From positions 1,600,001 to 1,664,000 of the forward strand of contig OY820591.1 of the NCBI GenBank assembly GCA_963555985.3: 64,000 bases of DNA, given 5' to 3'. The DNA is from Dehalococcoidia bacterium. Its GTDB lineage: Bacteria > Chloroflexota > Dehalococcoidia > Bin125. Below the pieces are notes generated by a model that saw nothing but the letters and a program-made list of their open reading frames with translations, was not told the DNA's origin and did no database searches. The position numbers were made by a program, and so were the translations under genes. Each line of letters begins with the position of its first letter. The first letter of the stretch is position 1. Positions 17,952 to 27,714 of this stretch are shown here, piece by piece.

Positions 17952-18275
17952 CTATTCGTCGTCAGGATCCGAGGGTTCCCAGAGCACGCGGCAACTCTGG
18001 CAGACGAGGGCCGAGATCACGTCGCGGCCGCCTTCGTCCGGGTCTTCTGATTCGAGCGTTTCGTATTCGAGTTCGATTTCAGTACCGCAGTCCGGGCAGA
18101 GCGGGCGCAGCGCATAGTCGAAGTCGCCCGATGTCACCGAGCTGCGGTGAATCAGGGTGTCGATGTCAACCCATTCGTCGAACGGAACGGTTCGTACGGC
18201 GAAGTTCGCCAGGTCGGCGTCGAAATCCGCGCCGCCGGGATCGCCGGGTGTGCGTCCACCGCCGAAACTGCTCAT
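17952..18275 (-). CDS. Small zinc-ribbon protein
   Basis: CPDCG and CQSC pairs in an acidic 107-aa ORF. Confidence 0.6.
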   Translation of the reverse strand: MSSFGGGRTPGDPGGADFDADLANFAVRTVPFDEWVDIDTLIHRSSVTSGDFDYALRPLCPDCGTEIELEYETLESEDPDEGGRDVISALVCQSCRVLWEPSDPDDE

Positions 18276-18320
18276 GGGCGCATGGTAATCGGGTGTGGAC
18301 GTCCAGCCACTCTCAGGCGG

Positions 18321-18620
18321 CTAATTGACGAAACTCCGACGCCCGGCCAAGGCGTAGACCGCGAGCTCAGTCTCGCGGTCGCTGTAGCGCGGCAGCTCGT
18401 GATCGCCGCGCCTCCGACGTCCCGCGTTGCCGGCGAAGATGTCCGAGTTGTTCTTGCGCTCCTCTTCGGGGAAGGAGTTGCGGAAGTCGCGTTCGAGGGC
18501 GCACTTGCGACAACGGGCGTGAGAAATTGGCCCGTTCGGCGGTTCGATCTGCCAGTTGTGCGTGCAGAGGGAGGGGTCGTTCACAGACACGGCAGTTACT
18601 CCCAGAGATCCCGCCACCAA
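18321..18620 (-). CDS. Small zinc-binding hypothetical protein (start uncertain)
   Basis: CTHNWQIEPPNGPISHARCRKC..ERDFRNS (CxH...CxxC). Confidence 0.65.
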   Translation of the reverse strand: MVAGSLGVTAVSVNDPSLCTHNWQIEPPNGPISHARCRKCALERDFRNSFPEEERKNNSDIFAGNAGRRRRGDHELPRYSDRETELAVYALAGRRSFVN

Positions 18621-18881
18621 GCGGTCGCAGACGCCGATTGAGTGGGATTGCGCCTACGTTGCCCGCACGATGTATTCGCAGAGAGCGTATGTCAACTTGT
18701 ACATTTGTGTCTCTGTGGAAAGTTGTTATCTGGTGGAAAGATAAGGCAACCGTTCGTTTCTAGAATCAGTCGAGCTCGTCTTCTGGACTGACGCACCGAG
18801 CCGGCGACGGGTCTGTACAGGCGCACTACGCGATTCCGATGCGTATCGCCGGCTCATGCAACCACATCCGCGGCTCAGGAA

Positions 18882-19343
18882 TCAATCGCTTGTAAGCGCC
18901 TTCACCTGTTCGAGCGCTTCCTCCGGGTGGCGGTTGAAGTCGCGTGGCGCATCAACGATGTGTCGCACCACGCCGTCCGCGTCAATGACATAGGTCATCC
19001 GCGCCGTGATCCCGCGCTCCTCGTTGAGGATGCCCCAGGCTTTGCCGGTGCGGCCCCAGGGGAAGTCGCCCAGCAGCGGAAAGTCGAGGCCAAGCTCGCG
19101 AGCGTAGGCTCCGGCGGCGAACGGCGAGTCAACGGAAATGCCCAAGACCTGGGCGCCGGCCGCTTCGAACTCGCTGTGGAGTTCATGGAAACGGCTGAGT
19201 TCGTTCGTTCAACCGCCGGTGAACGCGAGCACATACCAGGCGACGACGACCGGCTGTCCACGGTAGCCGGACAGGGAGTGTTCCTTGCGGTCGCCGTCCA
19301 TGAGCGTAAAGTCCGGCGCAGTTTGACCGATTTCCACGGGCAT
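18882..19343 (-). CDS. Peroxiredoxin (AhpC/BCP/AhpE-like), probable selenoprotein
   Basis: MPVEIGQTAPDFTL...LAFTGG-UGA(19209-19211)-TNELSRF...GISVDSPF; the UGA sits at the peroxidatic Cys position and the frame continues. Confidence 0.85.
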
Positions 19344-19417
19344 CTTGGCTCCTCAGCAACTTGGTGGCGCGGATCGGGACGTCTGGGTTGATCCTATCCA
19401 GTCGGTATACTCGCTGC

Positions 19418-19957
19418 ATGGCCAACGGCGCGGAGTGGGACTTGGGCGAGGCGGACGCGTTGGAAGCGGAGGCGATCGGCCTGCCCGGTCAGCGCCGCTT
19501 CCGTCTGCGTGTGAGCGCTGGTGCGACAACCGCAGCGATCTGGTGCGAAAAGGAGCATGTCTCCTCTCTGGCGACGGCGATTCAGCAGCAACTGGCGCGT
19601 CACCGGCAGCGGGGCGAAGGACGCCGTCCAACCGCGCCTTCGTTGTCGCCGTTTCCTGATCGACCGACGCACGAATTTCAGCTTGGGCAGCTCGGGCTCG
19701 ACTACAACGACAGCCTCGACAGCCTGATCGTGTACGCGACGGACGTGGAGCAGAGTTCGAACCAACCGACGCTGCGATTTGCGCTCAGCCGGCAGGCGGC
19801 GCGAGTGTTTACGGTGCAGGCCGAACAAACCGTCGCGGGAGGGCGCCCAACCTGCCCGTTATGCCAACAACCTTTGGAGGGCTCGGAGCATCTCTGTCCG
19901 CGCAGCAATGGTCACGGCGACGGCGCCCTGGCGGGCATTGGCCCGCCCGACTTTTAG
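19418..19957 (+). CDS. DUF3090 family protein
   Basis: EAIGLPGQRRFRL, WCEKE, GGRPTCPLC...HLCPRSNGH. Confidence 0.85.
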   Translation: MANGAEWDLGEADALEAEAIGLPGQRRFRLRVSAGATTAAIWCEKEHVSSLATAIQQQLARHRQRGEGRRPTAPSLSPFPDRPTHEFQLGQLGLDYNDSLDSLIVYATDVEQSSNQPTLRFALSRQAARVFTVQAEQTVAGGRPTCPLCQQPLEGSEHLCPRSNGHGDGALAGIGPPDF

Positions 19958-19972
19958 ACGCGGGGCGAGCTC

Positions 19973-21283
19973 TTGGCGGCGTTTGGCGGATTGGCCTCAA
20001 GCGAGCGCTGGTTGACTGCGCGCGCCGCGCCTCAACATGGGCGGCTGCGCTTGGTAGCGACGGCAGTAGGGCGGACGCTACCGCCGCTGCCGCCACAGCT
20101 CTGGACGCTGCAATACGTGCTTTCGCTGTTGGGGACGTTCTCGTTCTTTTCCTGCTTTTTCTACCTGACCACAACGCTGCCGCGCGAAATGACCGATCAG
20201 GGCGCGAACCTATTCGAGATCGGACTCGTAACCAGCGGCTATGCGGTGATCCCGATCTTCCTGCGCCCGTTCGTCGGTCGCTGGAGCGACAGCGGCTTCC
20301 GCGTGCGCCAGATGCGGATTGGCCTGATTGCCTTCGTAGGGTCATTCACGTTGATGATCTTCACCAACGACGTATGGGCCCTGTTTGCGCTGCGCTGCGT
20401 GCAGGGGGTGGGGATGGCGGCTTATCCCACTTCCGCCGGTTCGATGGTGGCCGAGATCGTGCCGCCCCCGCGCCGCGGCGAGGGATTGGGCTTTTTCGGC
20501 CTCTCGACCAGTTTCGCCCAGACCGCGACGCCAGCGATCGGCGGTTTAGTGGCGTTGGCGGGCGGCTTCGACGCGGTCTTGATTCTCGCCGCGGTCACGG
20601 CGGCGCTGTCGTTCGCAGTCACGCTGTTCCAGCGCGAGCCGACGCGGCCACAGACGCAGACGACTGCCATCTCGCTCAAAGCGTTGATTCCGGCGCGGGC
20701 GGTCTTCCCGATGTTGGTATTCCTCAGCGTCACGCTGGGCTTCTCAGTCGCGGCGGCGTTCCTCGAGCCCTTGGGCGACGAGCCAGGGCGCAGTCTAGGC
20801 CCGATCTGGCTCTTCTTCCTGTTCAGCGGCGTCGGCGCGATGATCTCGCGGCCGATGGCTGGGCGGTTGTCGGATCGGATCGGGCGCGTACCGGTGATCA
20901 TTCCGGGGCTGATCGCGACCTGTGCCGGGATGGTCGTGGTGACGCAATCGGAGACGGGGGTGATGTTCTGGGTGGCGGGCGTGTTGACCGGGATTGGCAT
21001 GGGCGGCGCGCACACTGGGTTGTTGGCGTTAGCCGTTGATCGCGTTTCAGCGACTCAACGCGGCGGCGCAACAGCGACCTTCCAATTGGCCTGGGACGTG
21101 GGGGCAGTGTGCGCTTTTCTGATCGGGATCGTGGGGGCATTTTTCGATGTGGAGATGATCTTCTGGGTCGCGGCGTTGGGCGCATTGATCGCCTTGGCCG
21201 GATTGATCCTGGGCCGCGCGATGGGCTGGACTCGTCCGGCGCCGCTGCCTGCGCCGATCGGCGCAGGCGCGGGAGGCGGGTGA
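19973..21283 (+). CDS. MFS transporter (start uncertain)
   Basis: GRWSDSG and GRLSDRIGR motif A loops; about 12 TM segments. Confidence 0.9.
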   Translation: MAAFGGLASSERWLTARAAPQHGRLRLVATAVGRTLPPLPPQLWTLQYVLSLLGTFSFFSCFFYLTTTLPREMTDQGANLFEIGLVTSGYAVIPIFLRPFVGRWSDSGFRVRQMRIGLIAFVGSFTLMIFTNDVWALFALRCVQGVGMAAYPTSAGSMVAEIVPPPRRGEGLGFFGLSTSFAQTATPAIGGLVALAGGFDAVLILAAVTAALSFAVTLFQREPTRPQTQTTAISLKALIPARAVFPMLVFLSVTLGFSVAAAFLEPLGDEPGRSLGPIWLFFLFSGVGAMISRPMAGRLSDRIGRVPVIIPGLIATCAGMVVVTQSETGVMFWVAGVLTGIGMGGAHTGLLALAVDRVSATQRGGATATFQLAWDVGAVCAFLIGIVGAFFDVEMIFWVAALGALIALAGLILGRAMGWTRPAPLPAPIGAGAGGG

Positions 21284-21287
21284 TGTT

Positions 21288-21791
21288 GTGGCCGGTGATC
21301 TGGAGCTGCGCGAGCTACAACGCGAGCGACCGCCGTCCCGCCAACTAAATCGCTGGTGGTTCGTCGCGTCACTCGCGGTCGGCGTCTTTCTGGTCGCCGT
21401 GTTGGGCCTGAGCACTTCTATCTTCGATACCGGGCCAACCGACGCCGACGTAGAAGCCGCGTACCGGGAGGGCACCGATCGGGGCACGATCGAGGGAGAG
21501 GAGTATTGGCTCGAAGAATTGGAGCGCCGCTGGTGGCTCGGCTATCGCCACGGCAGGAATGAACAGTCGTCGATCAGCTTGGATCTCCTGCTCGCGGTGC
21601 GCGACGGATTCTCGTGGGAAGCAGGATTCGAAGCCGGGAAACGCTCGCCGGATCTGGATCCCGCAAAGGCTTACGACGACGGCTGGCGAGCAGGCTATGT
21701 GGCGGGCTGGGGGTCGGTGACTGGCGAAACCGGCATTGATGCTCCAGCGCCGCCGCGTGATCGACGGGCGGAATGGGGCGGCGAGCAATGA
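21288..21791 (+). CDS. Membrane-anchored hypothetical protein
   Basis: One TM then FDTGPTDADVEAAY; G-Y/W-x-x-G repeats; paralog of the next gene. Confidence 0.6.
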   Translation: MAGDLELRELQRERPPSRQLNRWWFVASLAVGVFLVAVLGLSTSIFDTGPTDADVEAAYREGTDRGTIEGEEYWLEELERRWWLGYRHGRNEQSSISLDLLLAVRDGFSWEAGFEAGKRSPDLDPAKAYDDGWRAGYVAGWGSVTGETGIDAPAPPRDRRAEWGGEQ

Positions 21792-22204
21792 TCGAGCTGC
21801 GAGCGCTCCTGCTGTTGGTGATCTCGTTTGCCGCCGGCGCATTGGCGACCGCAGCGATCGGCGGCGCGACCGGCGTGTTTGATCGCGGACCGACCGAAGC
21901 GGATGTCCAAGCAGCTGAAGAGCGCGGGGCGGAAGAGGCCCGGGCATTGCTAGACGTGCGCATGGCCCCGCGCGGCGAGGAGGAGGAACGACGAGGGTAC
22001 AACCGCGGCCGCGAGGCCAACGAGTGGCTCTCGCTGGAGCGACTACCGAATCCCGACGGTTGGTTCGCGGGCGTGATGGCGGGCCGGGCAGAGCGCGAGC
22101 TTGAGACGCAGGAGGCCTACGCGCAGGGCTACGCCGACGGCGAGCTACAGGGGCGGGACGAGGCGGTGGGCGCGCTCCGGCAGCGGAGTGAGCGTGAGGA
22201 TTAG
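21788..22204 (+). CDS. Membrane-anchored hypothetical protein (paralog of upstream gene)
   Basis: ATGA overlap; FDRGPTEADVQAAE; GYxxG repeats. Confidence 0.6.
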   Translation: MIELRALLLLVISFAAGALATAAIGGATGVFDRGPTEADVQAAEERGAEEARALLDVRMAPRGEEEERRGYNRGREANEWLSLERLPNPDGWFAGVMAGRAERELETQEAYAQGYADGELQGRDEAVGALRQRSERED

Positions 22205-22229
22205 GGCGCGCTATCTCCGCTGATTCCAA

Positions 22230-22585
22230 TGCGCGACCTCGTCAAGCAGTCTGCCCAAATCTGCCCAAGTCTGGACAGATTCGAACACTTTCAGCGCGAA
22301 TTCCTCAGACATGTTCAGACTGCGCGAAGTGTATCGGCGCTGTTTGACGGGAGAATTTCGGAGGGATTGACCGGATCTCCTGTTGAGCGCTGAGGATCGT
22401 GCGTTTGTGGGTCTGGATTTGTCCAGATCTGTCCAGATCTGTCCAGATCCGTCTGGATTGATCTCGATGCGGGTGGATTTTTTCCAGGCGAATCCGGGCA
22501 TGTCCGGCGCCGTCCGGGTTTGGAGCGAGGCGTGCACGGGACACAGCGGTCTCCTATGGATTCGTGCGTGTATATGTTCTGAGCA
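22230..22585 (-). repeat. Dispersed decamer-repeat element, copy B (more diverged)
   Basis: Plus strand gtccagatct gtccagatct gtccagatcc gtctggat at 22421-22458; begins cagaac on the minus strand like copies A and C. Confidence 0.55.
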
Positions 22586-22836
22586 TACCCGGTTTCGCCT
22601 CGGTTGAGGAGGGCGGGGCAGGGAGCGCCGAGGCTCAGCCTCGAGACCAGCGCGCGTGCGGGCCGACCGCGCTCGTGGTTGTGTGAACAGGCCCTAGTCA
22701 GCAGCACCGGTGCTGCCCAATCCGCCCAAAATCCCCGCACCGGCTGAGCGTGTCGGAGGATCGACAGACGTTTCGTTCCGCTATCGTGACGTTTGCTGAG
22801 AGTTGACAAGAACACGGTCGAAAGGGTGACATCACG

Positions 22837-24012
22837 ATGTTTCACTCCGGTCAACGCATTTCGCGCCAGACACTTCTGATTGCCGCCCTGGCGGGGGCGG
22901 TGCTCATCCTGCTCGGGATATTGCTCAGCGATGTCACGGCGGGAGATGGGGGCGATGGAGACGTTCGGCTCTCGGCTCGACGGCTGGACGACGGACGAGT
23001 GGAGCTGGCTCTGCAAGAGCGAAGCGATGGTCAGTGGAGCGCGCGCCAGCATCCTGAGGCGCGGTTCCTGCCGACCGACGCGGACGCAGGCGTCTGGCAC
23101 GCGAGCTCGCCGCTGAGAGTCGCAGCGTCGCGCTTGCTCGATGGCGCGCTCGGCTGTGTGGTTCACCACGGCAACCCAGGCGACCCCTTCTGGCGCGACC
23201 TCGCGCCGGCCGGTCACGACTTCAACCTGAACTTGCGGATCACCGGCTCGCCGCAGCCAGTCGAGCAGGCGGCGTTGCTCGACGAATGCGTCGCCGACGG
23301 CGCGGTGGTGATCGCGACGACCCTCGCCGCGCCCGACACGTTGGCGGACGCGATCGCCGCGGCCCGCGCAGCCGGTACACCGGTCGTCTCGTTCAATTCC
23401 GGCGTGAGGCTGGCGGCCGGGGTCGGCAGCGCCATCCATGTCGGGCTCGATGACAAGGACGCGGGCACGATTCCCGCCGAGGCGTTCAACGAGGCTGGTG
23501 TCGAAGGTGTGATGCTTTGCGTCATTCACGAGGAATTCAATGTCGGCCTCGAAGAACGCTGCGACTACGCGGAGACGATCTACGCCGGCGAACTGGAGCG
23601 CTTCCGCGTGCACGAGTTCGGCCTCGCGGATCCGCAGGGAGTTCGGTCGGCGATCGCCGAGCGGCTGCGCGCCGGCGATGTCGGCGCCGTCTTCACCTTG
23701 AATCACGAACTGCTGGAAGTCTCGCTCGCCGCCGCTGAGGATGCGGGCGTGCAGGTCGAGCATGGCACCGTCGGCTTCGACCCGGCGCAGTTGCCCCTGG
23801 TCATTTCCGGCGAGGTCCTGTTCGTGCTCGACGACCTCGCGCCTTTGCAGGCCTATCTGGGAATCGCATCGTTGGTGATCGCGGGCTTCTTCGCAGCGCA
23901 GGGGCTGGATGCGACGGACATATTCGGCAGCGTCGACATGAAAATCGAGCCGGTGCTGATCGACCGGGAACGCGCGCAGGAGGAACTGCAACGGCTGGAG
24001 GACGGCAGCTAG
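22837..24012 (+). CDS. Sugar-type ABC substrate-binding protein with extra N-terminal domain
   Basis: GDPFW, AAGTPVVSFNSG, HVGLDD..AG, LEERC, GTVGFD. Confidence 0.75.
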   Translation: MFHSGQRISRQTLLIAALAGAVLILLGILLSDVTAGDGGDGDVRLSARRLDDGRVELALQERSDGQWSARQHPEARFLPTDADAGVWHASSPLRVAASRLLDGALGCVVHHGNPGDPFWRDLAPAGHDFNLNLRITGSPQPVEQAALLDECVADGAVVIATTLAAPDTLADAIAAARAAGTPVVSFNSGVRLAAGVGSAIHVGLDDKDAGTIPAEAFNEAGVEGVMLCVIHEEFNVGLEERCDYAETIYAGELERFRVHEFGLADPQGVRSAIAERLRAGDVGAVFTLNHELLEVSLAAAEDAGVQVEHGTVGFDPAQLPLVISGEVLFVLDDLAPLQAYLGIASLVIAGFFAAQGLDATDIFGSVDMKIEPVLIDRERAQEELQRLEDGS

Positions 24013-24022
24013 CGGTCGCCCG

Positions 24023-24682
24023 TTACGGCGTGCGCTGGCCCCACTGGTTCCAGTGGATGATCTCGTCCAGCGGCACGCGCGGCGCGGGCTTGAATGTTTC
24101 GCCGGTGAAGTAGGCCATCGGCAGCAGCACCGCCTGGGTGACGTCTTCGGGGATGCCGAGCAGTTCCTGCGACAGCGACTCGTCGCGCAGATGCAGCGTC
24201 GTCCAGGCCATGCCGATCCCGCGCGCGCGGGCGGCCAGCATGAACGACCAGGCGCCGGGGATGATCGAGCCGTAGGTGGCCGCCTGCGCCATCTGGCCGG
24301 CGTCCTCGACCCTGCCCGTAATGCAGGCGATCAGCAGCGCCGGGCAGCGGTGCATCTCGTTGGCCAGATAGGTCGCCGAGCGGGTCACGCCCTCGGCCGC
24401 GGCGGCCCGCGAGTCGCCCTCCGGCCAACGCGGACCCTCGTCCTCCCGCGCGGCGGCCAACTCCATGAAGCTGTCTCGGTAGATCTTGGCGATCCCCGCG
24501 ATCTTCTCCGGGGCGGTCACGACCATCCATTGCCATTGCTGCGAGTTCGACGCGGTCGGCGCTTGTAGCGCGATCTCGAGACACTCGGTGATCACGGCCG
24601 GGTCGATCGGGCGCTCGAAGTCAAGTCGCAGCCGAACCGAACGGGTGGTGGTTAGAACTTGATCGGCGGACAGCTCAGGCAT
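24023..24682 (-). CDS. Nitroreductase family protein
   Basis: TTRSVR, ALQAPTASNSQQW, FMLAARARGIG. Confidence 0.92.
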   Translation of the reverse strand: MPELSADQVLTTTRSVRLRLDFERPIDPAVITECLEIALQAPTASNSQQWQWMVVTAPEKIAGIAKIYRDSFMELAAAREDEGPRWPEGDSRAAAAEGVTRSATYLANEMHRCPALLIACITGRVEDAGQMAQAATYGSIIPGAWSFMLAARARGIGMAWTTLHLRDESLSQELLGIPEDVTQAVLLPMAYFTGETFKPAPRVPLDEIIHWNQWGQRTP

Positions 24683-24711
24683 GGGGTGGCTTCCAGACGC
24701 TTCACGCTTTG

Positions 24712-25626
24712 TTAGTGAGTGAGTTGGCTGAGCCGGGTGATCGTGATCGGCTCCGGCTGCGACTTAGCGTAACGTCGCACGAGTCCGGCCATCACGTTTC
24801 CGGGGCCGAGCGTGAGGAATCGGCGAACGCCTTGCTGATAGAGAGTCTCCAGGGCGTCGTACCACTCGACCGGGCGTGTGTATTGCCCGCGAAGCTCCTC
24901 TCGCAACTGCTCTGGCGACTGGATCAGTTGGCCGCAGTGGTTACCGACGATTGGAGTGAATTCGTCTGCCAGTTGCAGCCGATCGATGAGCACCCGATTA
25001 GCGCGGTCCGACGAGCGGAAGACGGGCGTGTGAAACGCCCCTGCGACTCGCAGAGCGACGGCTTGCACGCCCCGCTCCGGCGCACGCCCTGCCGCGCGCG
25101 CGAGCGCGCGCTCCGATCCGCCCAAGACTGTCTGATCGGACGCATTGTGGTTCGCCAGCACAGCCCCGCTCTCGCTGGCGATCGCTTCGGCTGTTGCCCG
25201 ATCGGCGCCGACGAGCGCGAGCAGACCGCCCGGGTGATCGAGGCAGTCACGGTCCATTGCCCGGCCGCACTCATAAGCGAATCGCAGCGCAGCCTCCAAA
25301 GAGGTCGCGCCGGACAGGGCAATGGCGCTGTTCAACCCGCTGGAGTGGCCCGTCACGCAGGCGATCCGATCGTCGATCCGATCTTGCGCAGCTGCATACT
25401 CCGTTGCCGCCCAAGCGATCAGGTAGGGCTGTAGGAGCGACGGCCGTCTGAGCGCGGTGACATCGGCCGGCTCTGAGCTTTGGCCTAGCTGCCAGAGATT
25501 GCGGTTCACGATCTCGGAGGCGAGATCGAACGAAAGACGGAAGCGAGCCGGGAGATCGGCCAAATCAGCGAGGCCGCCGGGCCGTTGCGCACCTTGACCG
25601 GGACAGATGAGAACAGCGTCAGTCAT
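24712..25626 (-). CDS. Malonyl-CoA:ACP transacylase-like acyltransferase
   Basis: CPGQGAQ, GHSSG, ANHNA..QTVLGG, GAFHT, PVEW, GPGNVMAGL. Confidence 0.8.
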   Translation of the reverse strand: MTDAVLICPGQGAQRPGGLADLADLPARFRLSFDLASEIVNRNLWQLGQSSEPADVTALRRPSLLQPYLIAWAATEYAAAQDRIDDRIACVTGHSSGLNSAIALSGATSLEAALRFAYECGRAMDRDCLDHPGGLLALVGADRATAEAIASESGAVLANHNASDQTVLGGSERALARAAGRAPERGVQAVALRVAGAFHTPVFRSSDRANRVLIDRLQLADEFTPIVGNHCGQLIQSPEQLREELRGQYTRPVEWYDALETLYQQGVRRFLTLGPGNVMAGLVRRYAKSQPEPITITRLSQLTH

Positions 25627-25701
25627 GCGGTTGCCGCGCGCATCCACGCGGTAACTCGAAGCACAGCTGCCGTGTGGCCGGGTCGGCGCACAGGAGCTCG
25701 G

Positions 25702-26094
25702 CTAAGACTTGTGATGATCGGGGCCCATGTCGGTGAGCTCGATAATGTTGCCGTCCGGGTCGGTGCAGAACGCGGCCCAGATGCCATCGTTGGGCCGCTG
25801 CGACGGCTCGCGCATGATCGCGACGCCGCCAGTGCGCAGGCGTTCGACTTCGCTATGGAAGTCGTCGGTGGGGATGTAGAGCGCGAAGTGGGGACCGATC
25901 CCCTCGGAATCCTGGTCGAGTTCACGCTGCATCAGGTGCAGCTGCAAGGCTCCCACCTCGTACCAGGCGCCCGGGAAACCGAAGTCAGGGCGGTCGATCT
26001 CGGGCAGGCCAAGCTGCGCGCCGTAGAATTCTCTGGACGCTTCAACATCGGAGACACAGATGGCGACGTGGCTGTATCCGGCGACTGCGGGCAT
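25702..26094 (-). CDS. VOC/glyoxalase family protein
   Basis: HVAICVSD, FY..LGL, QLHL, HFA, DPDGNIIEL. Confidence 0.9.
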   Translation of the reverse strand: MPAVAGYSHVAICVSDVEASREFYGAQLGLPEIDRPDFGFPGAWYEVGALQLHLMQRELDQDSEGIGPHFALYIPTDDFHSEVERLRTGGVAIMREPSQRPNDGIWAAFCTDPDGNIIELTDMGPDHHKS

Positions 26095-26204
26095 GACGGA
26101 CCTCTCAGACTGCGCGAAACGTGTAATTTTGAGACTGATGATACACATTCAGGAGCGCTGGTCGGCGCAAGCGCGATCCGGCCCGCAAGGGGAAGGCGGA
26201 GCGG

Positions 26205-27677
26205 ATGTCTGAGTTGCGCTGGGAACCGCCGGGCGGCAGCTCCAGCCGTGGACCCGCCGAGGCGTCAACGAGCGACGATGGGCGCGGTCCGAGCCGGTGG
26301 TCCGTCTGCTTGCTCGTGTTCGTGATGTTGGGCGCGGCATTCGCGCTAGGCGTCGGCGTCATGCGCGTAATCGACGAAGACGACGGCTACGGGCAGTTCC
26401 TTCGCAGTTCGCGCGGCGGCGAGATCATGACTCCGGTCCCGGCGGCTGTTGAGACTGATGAAGAGCAATCGTCCGAACGAGGGCCTGTGGTTGAGTCGCG
26501 TGAGGCACGCGCATCGCGGTTCTCGTTGCTTGATGAGATCTACGACGTGCTCGACCGCGACTTCGTCGACCCCGAGAAGTTCGAGTCGATCGACGCTCGC
26601 AAGGCTGCGATCCAGGGCGTCATCGACGCGCTCGAGGATCCGCACACCGTCTTCATTGACGCGGAAGACTACCGCTTGTCCAGTGAGGACATCGGCGGTT
26701 CGTTCGAGGGCATCGGCGCGACAGTGCAAGAGATCGACGGCCAGATCGTGATTTCTCGACCGTTCAAGGGATCGCCGGCGGAACAAGCCGGAATCCGAGC
26801 GGGGGACATCATCCTGGAAGTGAACGGCGAGTCCACCGAGGGCTGGTCGATTCAGTTCGCAGTCCAGGTGATCCGCGGTCCCAAGGGCACGGATGTCGAA
26901 CTACTCGTGCGGCACACCGACGGCACTGAGGAGCTCATCGTGATCACGCGCGATCGCATTGTGGTGCCAAGTGTGGGTTCGATTGCGATCACCGATCGAT
27001 CCGGTCAGCCGGTGGCAGACATCGGCTTCATCTACATCACACAATTCACCGAGCGCACGCGAGATGAGTTGATTGAGCTTCTCGACGCGGCGAACAACGC
27101 CGGCTTGACCAAGCTGATTATCGACCTGCGCGGCAATCCCGGAGGCCTGTTGCGGGCGACAGTCGATACGGTCGGCGAGTTCATCGATAACGGCGTGATT
27201 CTGCGCCAGATCAATCGCGACGGCAGTGAGGAAGTGTTCCGCGACGAGGCCGGCGGCACGGGCATCGAGCTCGAGTTGGCCATTCTGATCGACCGCGGTT
27301 CCGCCTCAGGTTCGGAGGTCATGGCGGCTGCGCTGCGCGACTATGGCCGCGCGGTGTTGATCGGTGAGACGACCGCAGGCAAGGGCACGGTCAACGTCGG
27401 GCGGCGGCTGTCCGACGGCAGCGTGCTCTACGTGAGCATCGCTCGTTATGTCTCGCCCGAAGGCGATCAGGTCGAGGGCGTTGGCGTCGTGCCCGACATC
27501 GAAGTCGTACAACCTGAGACTGGGTTCGAGGCAGAGCTGGATGTCGTCCTGCAAACCGCGATCGACTACCTCCGGGGCGAATGGTCGCCTGCTCCGTCCA
27601 ATCAGCAGCCTGCCGAGTCAGCGGACGAGATTGACGCTGAGGGCGCAGAGGCGGCCGAAGAAGAACCAGAGGAGTAG
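26205..27677 (+). CDS. S41 C-terminal processing peptidase (CtpA/Prc)
   Basis: FEGIG, PDZ domain, DLRGNPGG, SASGSE, TAGKGTV, GVVPD. Confidence 0.95.
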   Translation: MSELRWEPPGGSSSRGPAEASTSDDGRGPSRWSVCLLVFVMLGAAFALGVGVMRVIDEDDGYGQFLRSSRGGEIMTPVPAAVETDEEQSSERGPVVESREARASRFSLLDEIYDVLDRDFVDPEKFESIDARKAAIQGVIDALEDPHTVFIDAEDYRLSSEDIGGSFEGIGATVQEIDGQIVISRPFKGSPAEQAGIRAGDIILEVNGESTEGWSIQFAVQVIRGPKGTDVELLVRHTDGTEELIVITRDRIVVPSVGSIAITDRSGQPVADIGFIYITQFTERTRDELIELLDAANNAGLTKLIIDLRGNPGGLLRATVDTVGEFIDNGVILRQINRDGSEEVFRDEAGGTGIELELAILIDRGSASGSEVMAAALRDYGRAVLIGETTAGKGTVNVGRRLSDGSVLYVSIARYVSPEGDQVEGVGVVPDIEVVQPETGFEAELDVVLQTAIDYLRGEWSPAPSNQQPAESADEIDAEGAEAAEEEPEE

Positions 27678-27714
27678 CCTGTCGCCGAACGCACACGGCC
27701 GGAAGGAACACGTG

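Noticed and set aside
18882-19343. Pseudogene call for the UGA-interrupted peroxiredoxin (and the rhodanese at 27715-28563)
   Set aside because: In both genes the only stop is UGA exactly at the catalytic Cys, which fits selenocysteine better than random decay
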